64,000 bases of DNA from Desulfobacterales bacterium (GTDB lineage Bacteria; Desulfobacterota; Desulfobacteria; Desulfobacterales; UBA5616): NCBI GenBank assembly GCA_046483495.1, contig JAWODC010000070.1:64001-128000 (forward strand), given 5' to 3'. Shown in pieces: positions 57,841 through 64,000 of this stretch (the first letter of the stretch is position 1; every line of letters begins with the position of its first letter). Below the pieces are notes generated by a model. The model worked only from the letters and a program-made list of their open reading frames with translations. It was not told where the DNA came from and searched no databases. The position numbers and the translations under genes are program-made.

Positions 57841-58964
57841 ACCACGACGACAGACATTACATGAAAACGGCTTTGGCCCTCGCCGAAAAGGGCCTGGGAT
57901 ATACGTCGCCCAACCCCATGGTGGGAGCGGTGCTGGTAAAAGGGGGCCGGATAATCGGAAAAGGGTACCACGAGTTTGTGGGAGGGCCGCATGCGGAAAT
58001 CAATGCGATCGCTCATGCCGGGGAAGATCTTCGCGGAGCGGTTTTGTACGTCACCCTCGAACCGTGCAATCATACCGGCAGAACCGGGCCCTGCACGGAA
58101 AAAATAGTGTCTTCCGGCATCGGTCGGGTGGTCACGGCGATGAAAGATCCAAATCCCACTGTCGCGGGCAATGGAAATGATTACCTGAGGCGGCGGGGAG
58201 TGGCGGTGACCGAAGGGGTCTGCCGAAAGGAAGCCGAACGGTTGAACGAGGCCTTCATTAAGTTCGTCCATACGCGGCGGCCCTTCGTGACGTTGAAATG
58301 CGCCGCCACACTGGACGGCCGAATTGCCACCCGAACCGGCGATTCCAAGTGGATCAGCAATGCCGTGTCCCGGGAGTATGTACATCGGCTTCGCCATGCA
58401 GCCGATGCCATCATGGTGGGCATCGGGACGGTGGTCCTGGACAATCCGAGCCTGACCACCCGGTTAAAAGACGGGATAAACGGCAGAAAAGGCCGTGATC
58501 CGATTCGAATTATTCTGGATTCGAGCCTGAGTATCGACGAAAATGCCACCGTGCTGACCGTTCCTTACGAAGCCCCGGCGGTATTGGTGATCCAAGGCGA
58601 GCGTCTGAATGACGAAAAGCGGCGCAAACGGGATCGGCTTGCAAAAAGGGGCATTCGCTTCATCGATATCCCAATGAAGGGTGACCGAATGGATCTCGAT
58701 GTGCTGATGGACCGGCTGGGGGAGATGAACATTATGACCCTGCTGGTCGAAGGAGGGAGCCGGATTATCCAATCGGCGCTCTCTGAAAACATCATCGACA
58801 AGGTTATGTTTTTTTACGGGCCGAAGCTTCTCGGCGGAAATGACGGCATTCCCATGATTGCCGGAAATGGGCCTGAGAAGATGGCCGACTGCATTCGGAT
58901 CAGGGATATTCAGGTGCGACGGTTCGGGGATGATATCATGGTGTCGGGATATCCTGTTCATTGA
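57837..58964 (+). CDS. ribD: Riboflavin biosynthesis deaminase/reductase
   Basis: SPNPMVG, HAE, TLEPCNH, LDGRIA, VEGG. Confidence 0.95.
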   Translation: MNHDDRHYMKTALALAEKGLGYTSPNPMVGAVLVKGGRIIGKGYHEFVGGPHAEINAIAHAGEDLRGAVLYVTLEPCNHTGRTGPCTEKIVSSGIGRVVTAMKDPNPTVAGNGNDYLRRRGVAVTEGVCRKEAERLNEAFIKFVHTRRPFVTLKCAATLDGRIATRTGDSKWISNAVSREYVHRLRHAADAIMVGIGTVVLDNPSLTTRLKDGINGRKGRDPIRIILDSSLSIDENATVLTVPYEAPAVLVIQGERLNDEKRRKRDRLAKRGIRFIDIPMKGDRMDLDVLMDRLGEMNIMTLLVEGGSRIIQSALSENIIDKVMFFYGPKLLGGNDGIPMIAGNGPEKMADCIRIRDIQVRRFGDDIMVSGYPVH

Positions 58965-59050
58965 AATATTCGAGGCGATGGTTATATTGAGAAAAACTTC
59001 GATTGGGGAAGTTCGTTACAGCCGAAAAACGGCATAGAGCAAACAAACAC

Positions 59051-59707
59051 ATGTTTACAGGAATCATTGAAGGATTGGGGCTTGTCGGCCGGGTGATGCA
59101 ATCGGAGAACCGAATCCGGCTGACAATCGAGTCCGAGTTTAAACTGGAAGGGACGAAAATCGGCGACAGCATCGCCGTTAACGGGGCATGTCTGACCATC
59201 GTCGGCCTGGGTTCAAAGCAATTCGAAGCGGATGTATCGCCTGAAACACTCGCTCGGACCACTTTCAGCCGGATTCGTACCGGAGAGCGGGTGAATCTCG
59301 AGCGGGCGCTGCGTCTCTCCGACCGGCTCGATGGACATATCGTTTCCGGGCATATTGACGGTGTGGGTGTGATGGAAGGCAAACATGCCGTCGGAAGTGC
59401 AACGATCGTCCATTTCACTTCCCCGCCTGAACTGAACCGGTACATGATTGAAAAAGGATCCGTGGCGGTTGACGGCATCAGCTTGACCATCAACACATGT
59501 GATGACAAGGGCTTCAGTGTGACCATCATACCGCATACGGCAGGCGTCACCACCGTCGGGTTCAAAAATGCGGGAGACCGGGTGAATATCGAAACGGATA
59601 TGATTGGAAAATACGTGGAACGGTTTTTGGCCAAACAGGATCGAGCGAAAGCGGCTCAGACACCCACTCTTGACCGGGAGTTTCTGGCAAAAGCCGGCTT
59701 TATATAA
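59051..59707 (+). CDS. ribE: Riboflavin synthase (alpha chain)
   Basis: Canonical MFTGII start at 59051; DSIAVNGACLT, GHIVSGH, KGSVAVDGISLT. Confidence 0.95.
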   Translation: MFTGIIEGLGLVGRVMQSENRIRLTIESEFKLEGTKIGDSIAVNGACLTIVGLGSKQFEADVSPETLARTTFSRIRTGERVNLERALRLSDRLDGHIVSGHIDGVGVMEGKHAVGSATIVHFTSPPELNRYMIEKGSVAVDGISLTINTCDDKGFSVTIIPHTAGVTTVGFKNAGDRVNIETDMIGKYVERFLAKQDRAKAAQTPTLDREFLAKAGFI

Positions 59708-59770
59708 ATTCGATCAGCCGCCTTTCCGAATGAATATTTGAGTCACATTCAAAAAAGGAGAAATTAAAAA

Positions 59771-60985
59771 ATGCCATTGATAACCATCGAGGAGGCCATA
59801 GAAGACATCAAGAACGGCAAGATGGTCATTCTGGTCGATGATGAAGACCGCGAGAACGAGGGCGACCTCACTGTGGCGGCTGAAAAAATAACCCCTGAAA
59901 TCATCAACTTCATGGCAAAATACGGCCGCGGTTTGATCTGCCTTTCTCTGACCGGAGATAAATGCGACCAACTGGATCTGCCGTTGATGGTGGATCATAA
60001 TACGTCCAAATTTACCACCGGTTTCACCGTGTCCATTGAAGCCCGGCGTGGCGTGACAACGGGGATTTCGGCTTACGACCGTGCCACGACGATACGTACT
60101 GCGATTGCGCCGGACGCCAAACCGTCCGATCTCGACAGGCCGGGCCATATTTTCCCGCTGCGGGCGAGAAGAGGCGGCGTTATCGTCCGGTCCGGTCAAA
60201 CCGAAGGGTCCGTCGATCTGGCGCGCCTGGCGGGGTTGACCCCCGCCGGAGTGATCTGTGAGGTTATGGACGACGACGGCAGCATGGCCCGAATGCCGTC
60301 GCTTGAAGAATTCAGCAAAACGCACGGCATCGGCATCTGCACCATTGCCGATTTGATCGAATACCGGATGCGTACGGAATCGTTCGTTCACCGGGCCGCG
60401 GAAACGGTGATTCCTACAAGCATCGCGGGCGATTTCAAGGCGATTATCTATGAAAATGACGTGGATGATCTTCTTCACATCGCCCTGATAAAAGGAGACG
60501 TCGATCCTGACACCCCCATGCTTGTCCGCGTTCACTCGGAATGCCTGACCGGCGATATTTTCGGCTCCCTCAGGTGCGACTGCGGAGATCAGCTGCATCA
60601 GGCCATGCGAATGATGGATGAAGAAGGATCGGGTGTTCTGCTGTATATTCGGCAGGAAGGCCGGGGGATCGGCCTGGTGAACAAACTGAAGGCCTATGCT
60701 CTGCAGGATCAGGGAATGGACACGGTGGAGGCCAATGAAAAGCTTGGATTTCAAGCCGATTTACGAAATTACGGCATCGGCGCCCAAATTTTGGTGGATT
60801 TAGGCGTTCGCAAGATGCGGATCTTGACCAACAACCCCAAAAAGATCGTGGGGCTCGAGGGGTATAAGCTCCAGATTGTCGAGCAGGTTCCCATCGAAAT
60901 CGAACCCAATTCATGCAATATCAAGTACCTGGAATGCAAACAGCGGAAAATGGGGCACTTGCTGCATTTTGACAAAACCCCATAA
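59771..60985 (+). CDS. ribBA: Bifunctional DHBP synthase / GTP cyclohydrolase II
   Basis: [26 protein letters not shown]...S.RCDCG, QEGRGIG, TNNP. Confidence 0.96.
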   Translation: MPLITIEEAIEDIKNGKMVILVDDEDRENEGDLTVAAEKITPEIINFMAKYGRGLICLSLTGDKCDQLDLPLMVDHNTSKFTTGFTVSIEARRGVTTGISAYDRATTIRTAIAPDAKPSDLDRPGHIFPLRARRGGVIVRSGQTEGSVDLARLAGLTPAGVICEVMDDDGSMARMPSLEEFSKTHGIGICTIADLIEYRMRTESFVHRAAETVIPTSIAGDFKAIIYENDVDDLLHIALIKGDVDPDTPMLVRVHSECLTGDIFGSLRCDCGDQLHQAMRMMDEEGSGVLLYIRQEGRGIGLVNKLKAYALQDQGMDTVEANEKLGFQADLRNYGIGAQILVDLGVRKMRILTNNPKKIVGLEGYKLQIVEQVPIEIEPNSCNIKYLECKQRKMGHLLHFDKTP

Positions 60986-61023
60986 GAGCGGCATAATGGC
61001 GACCGTAAAGAAGGAGAAAATTC

Positions 61024-61497
61024 ATGCCCAAATACATCGAAGGACAACTGAATGCCAAGGACAAAAAATTTGCCGTGGTGGCCGGCCGTTTCAATGATTT
61101 CATAACCGACAAGCTGGTGGGCGGCGCTCTCGATGCCTTGATTCGGGCCGGTGCAAAGCATGAGGATATCGACATCGTAAAAGTTCCGGGAGCCTTTGAA
61201 ATTCCACTGATTGCAAAAAAACTCGCCGGCAAGAAAAAACATGACGCGATCATCTGTCTGGGGGCCGTTATACGCGGCGCCACCCCCCATTTCGATTATG
61301 TGAGCGCAGAAGTGTCAAAAGGCGTTGCCGCCGTAGGCTTGGAAGCTGAAGTGCCGGTTATTTTCGGCATACTGACCACCGACTCCATAGAGCAGGCGAT
61401 CGAACGTGCCGGGACGAAATCCGGGAACAAGGGATGGGATGCCGCGGTTTCGGCGATTGAAATGGCCAACCTGATGGGAGCCGTTGATCGGTTGTAA
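61024..61497 (+). CDS. ribH: 6,7-dimethyl-8-ribityllumazine synthase
   Basis: [26 protein letters not shown]. Confidence 0.96.
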   Translation: MPKYIEGQLNAKDKKFAVVAGRFNDFITDKLVGGALDALIRAGAKHEDIDIVKVPGAFEIPLIAKKLAGKKKHDAIICLGAVIRGATPHFDYVSAEVSKGVAAVGLEAEVPVIFGILTTDSIEQAIERAGTKSGNKGWDAAVSAIEMANLMGAVDRL

Positions 61498-61499
61498 TT

Positions 61500-62000
61500 A
61501 TGGGATATCGGCGACGGTCAAGAGAGCTTGCCATGCAAGCGCTGTTTTACATGGACATGCGACATGACCACGGCATGGAAATGATGGATTATTTTTGTCT
61601 GAATTTCGGTCCTTCGAAAAACGTACGCCCGTTTTTATTGACGCTGGTTCAAGGGGTTATCGAACATAAAGAGGACATCGACCATATCATCGAAAAATTT
61701 TCCAGCAATTGGAAGGTCAGTCGAATGGCCTGTGTTGATCGAAACATTATACGCATCGCCGCATATGAGATGCTGTTTTTGAAGGACATTCCTCAAAAGG
61801 TATCCATAAACGAGGCCATCGACATCGCAAAAAAATACGGAACCGAGGAATCGGGGGCATTTATCAACGGCATTTTAGACAGCATCCGCAAAGAGATGGA
61901 ATCCGGAGATATCCGGATGGACAATCCCGGGCAGGTGATGTTTTCATCGAAAAACGGCGAACAGCCGGCAGGGGAAAACGAGGTTTCCAAACCCCTGTAA
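61500..62000 (+). CDS. nusB: Transcription antitermination factor NusB
   Basis: RRRSRELAMQALF, DRNIIR, INEAIDIAK, FINGILD. Confidence 0.95.
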   Translation: MGYRRRSRELAMQALFYMDMRHDHGMEMMDYFCLNFGPSKNVRPFLLTLVQGVIEHKEDIDHIIEKFSSNWKVSRMACVDRNIIRIAAYEMLFLKDIPQKVSINEAIDIAKKYGTEESGAFINGILDSIRKEMESGDIRMDNPGQVMFSSKNGEQPAGENEVSKPL

Positions 62001-62009
62001 AGGACAAGC

Positions 62010-62288
62010 ATGGATCCGGAAAAGAAACAATTGGTTCGACGGTGCCCCCGATTGGGGGGGCCGGTTTCCTTCGAATACTGCCGGGATACGGCCGGTGAAG
62101 GGCAGCCGTGCTGGAAAATTCTGGAGTGTTGGTGGGAAATTTTTGACGTGTCCGCCTATTTGAGAAGCCGGATGTCCGAAGAGGCATTCAATCGCCTTAT
62201 TTCTACCCGGCCGAAACCGAAAATCACCAGTTTGCTGGAGATCATTGAAAAGGCAAAACAGAACGTTCGATCTCAGGAGGAATCGTGA
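62010..62288 (+). CDS. Small Cys-rich hypothetical protein
   Basis: CPRLG...YC....PC....CW pattern; tightly coupled to nusB and the next gene. Confidence 0.7.
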   Translation: MDPEKKQLVRRCPRLGGPVSFEYCRDTAGEGQPCWKILECWWEIFDVSAYLRSRMSEEAFNRLISTRPKPKITSLLEIIEKAKQNVRSQEES

Positions 62289-62917
62289 TCATTAAATCCT
62301 TAACCGTGGGCCCGATTATGGCCAACTGCTATATTGTCGGATGTGAACGAACAAAACATGCCGCAGTTATCGATCCGGGTGATGAAGCTGCACGGATTCT
62401 AACCACCCTTTCCGAATCGCGGCTGACGTTAACCTATATTCTGAACACGCATGGTCATTTCGATCATGTCGGCGCGAATAAACCGTTGAAGGATGCCACC
62501 GGTGCGCAGATCCTCATTCACGAAGCCGACGCACCGATGCTGACCCATATTTCGGCAATGGCGGCCGGTATGGGCATGTCCATTGAAAATTCTCCGCCGC
62601 CGGATCGAACTCTTTCGGATGGTGATGCGATTTCAGTGGGAGACATCGTGCTGACCGTCATCCACACGCCGGGCCATTCGCCGGGTGGGGTGTCGTTTTA
62701 CACGGACGGGGTCGTCTTCGCCGGTGATACCCTGTTTGCCGGTTCCGTCGGAAGGACGGATTTTCCCGGCGGGGATTTCAACCTGCTCAAAAACAGCATA
62801 CAGAAAAGGTTGTTTGCGCTCGAAGATCATGTTGTCGTCTATCCCGGCCACATGGGCGAAACCACCATCGGGATGGAAAAGAAGTACAATCCGTTCGTGG
62901 GCCTCGGCGGATTTTAG
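62285..62917 (+). CDS. Metallo-beta-lactamase-fold hydrolase (glyoxalase II-like)
   Basis: THGHFDH, HTPGHSPG, GDTLF..SVGRTD, PGH. Confidence 0.92.
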   Translation: MIIKSLTVGPIMANCYIVGCERTKHAAVIDPGDEAARILTTLSESRLTLTYILNTHGHFDHVGANKPLKDATGAQILIHEADAPMLTHISAMAAGMGMSIENSPPPDRTLSDGDAISVGDIVLTVIHTPGHSPGGVSFYTDGVVFAGDTLFAGSVGRTDFPGGDFNLLKNSIQKRLFALEDHVVVYPGHMGETTIGMEKKYNPFVGLGGF

Positions 62918-62946
62918 AGCTGAAGTGCCGGTTGAAACCGGTTGAA

Positions 62947-63381
62947 CTAAAAAGCGCCGAGCTGACACGGCTTTATTTTTATGCCAAGTGTTTCGCAGGC
63001 GCTGCTCACCGCTATTTTGGAAACTTTCCGTTCCGATGCAATTCGCCATGCCTCCCTGCATGACAGCCGGCTGTCACCTGCTGCGCTCCTGATGGCATCA
63101 GCCACGTTTCGGTCCACGTTTTCATCGGGATGAATGATTTTTTTCCGGTCCTTGTATCCGAAGAGGCCTAGCTGACACTTGGTCAGGCGGATGTTCAAGA
63201 GGTCCAATGCGATACCCACTTCTTTGGGCGAAACACCGGTTTTTTCGGCAATGGCGAATGCGACGGCGCAGGGAATTTCATTGTTTTTTACGCGGCGCTG
63301 AATTTCCGACGCAACGGCGGAATCGGGTTTTTTATCGGCCGGATGCTTTTTCGAAAAGTCGGTTGTATGTTCCGATGCCAT
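62947..63381 (-). CDS. Hypothetical protein with an internally duplicated Cys-containing domain
   Basis: IPCAVAFAIA...IRLTKCQLGLF repeated as LSCREAWRIA...IKIKPCQLGAF; GGAGG RBS. Confidence 0.75.
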   Translation of the reverse strand: MASEHTTDFSKKHPADKKPDSAVASEIQRRVKNNEIPCAVAFAIAEKTGVSPKEVGIALDLLNIRLTKCQLGLFGYKDRKKIIHPDENVDRNVADAIRSAAGDSRLSCREAWRIASERKVSKIAVSSACETLGIKIKPCQLGAF

Positions 63382-63612
63382 TTACTATCCCTCCTTGTCG
63401 GCTGACGGCGGTTCAATGGTGCCCGGCAGACCTGTATATGGTTTACGTCAGCACGACGGGTGATGAACCCGGCATGAAAAAAGTCATTTTAAATTAAGTT
63501 GATCAAAAATACAGGGTTTGTTAATTTGTAAGCTTTTCATGACAAATACCACATTTACGATAGAAATTGCAATTGATCCAATTGATCCCGAAAAACGGCG
63601 GATGAAAAGCGG

Positions 63613-64000
63613 ATGACGATCACTCGAAGAAAAACGCGTCGGATTGTTGTCGGAACTGCACCGGTCGGCGGATCAGCGCCCATTACCGTGCAGTCCATGA
63701 CCAACACGCCGACGGATGATATCGAAGCGACCGTTTCCCAGATTAAGCGGCTTACGGCCGCCGGATGCGAAATCATTCGAATCGCCGTGCCGGATGACGC
63801 TGCCGCCCGCAGTCTTCGGGCCATCAAAGCGAGCATCGATATTCCCCTGATTGCCGATATTCATTTTGATTACCGATTGGCCGTTGCATCCATCGAGGCC
63901 GGGGCGGACGGCATTCGTATCAACCCGGGAAATATCGGCGGTGCCAAAAACATCAAAAAGGTGACCGATGCCGCATCGCAGCACGATGTGGCCATTCGCA
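63613..64000 (+). CDS. ispG: 4-hydroxy-3-methylbut-2-enyl diphosphate synthase (runs off the window's right edge)
   Basis: Not in the ORF track. MTITRRKTRRIVVG...GG.APITVQSMTNT...GCEIIRIAV...PLIADIHFD...RINPGNIG. Confidence 0.95.
   Translation, partial: MTITRRKTRRIVVGTAPVGGSAPITVQSMTNTPTDDIEATVSQIKRLTAAGCEIIRIAVPDDAAARSLRAIKASIDIPLIADIHFDYRLAVASIEAGADGIRINPGNIGGAKNIKKVTDAASQHDVAIR

Noticed and set aside
59712..59738. Possible eroded right end of the hairpin repeat between ribE and ribBA (also a left-end-like word near 2909)
   Set aside because: Similarity is short and gapped; cannot be supported without a profile search.
1423..60754. Long antisense ORFs (e.g. 1423-2505, 32993-34183, 34761-35858, 53710-54777, 59714-60754)
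   Set aside because: They shadow well-supported genes on the opposite strand and lack motifs or RBS; typical codon-bias artefacts.
1..64000. CRISPR array or cas genes
   Set aside because: No regularly spaced direct repeats or cas motifs seen; the repeats found are dispersed palindromic elements.

Overview
A bacterial chromosomal window that looks like a sulfate-reducing Desulfobacterota (Desulfobacterales-like) genome, inferred from gene content and order. About 1-43.8 kb is accessory DNA: a znuACB-zur zinc operon with a candidate Zur box, many lipid/acyl-CoA/xenobiotic catabolic genes, a UGA-interrupted peroxiredoxin-like probable selenoprotein, an internally deleted ilvD relic and a PAS hybrid kinase. 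An AddAB-like helicase/nuclease pair (43.8-50.0 kb) sits next to tRNA-Gln(CUG). The rest is core genome: gltX, rpmF-fabG-acpP-fabF-rpiB-glyA-dCMP deaminase-nrdR-ribDE-ribBA-ribH-nusB and the start of ispG. The strongest candidate for an undescribed system is a 10.8-kb operon (23660-34426) of six signal-peptide-bearing proteins. Five are divergent paralogs of one scaffold I cannot name (YYYLP..P / GKAP...G..LLWE / DP.F..RE motifs); one carries a TPR insert, and the sixth gene ends in a carbohydrate-binding-like domain. This suggests a secreted hetero-oligomeric complex, possibly pore-forming. The second highlight is a family of ~146-bp nested-hairpin repeats with compensatory base changes, including one copy with unrelated terminal repeats but the same core. 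All assignments come from motif recognition by eye; no searches were run.
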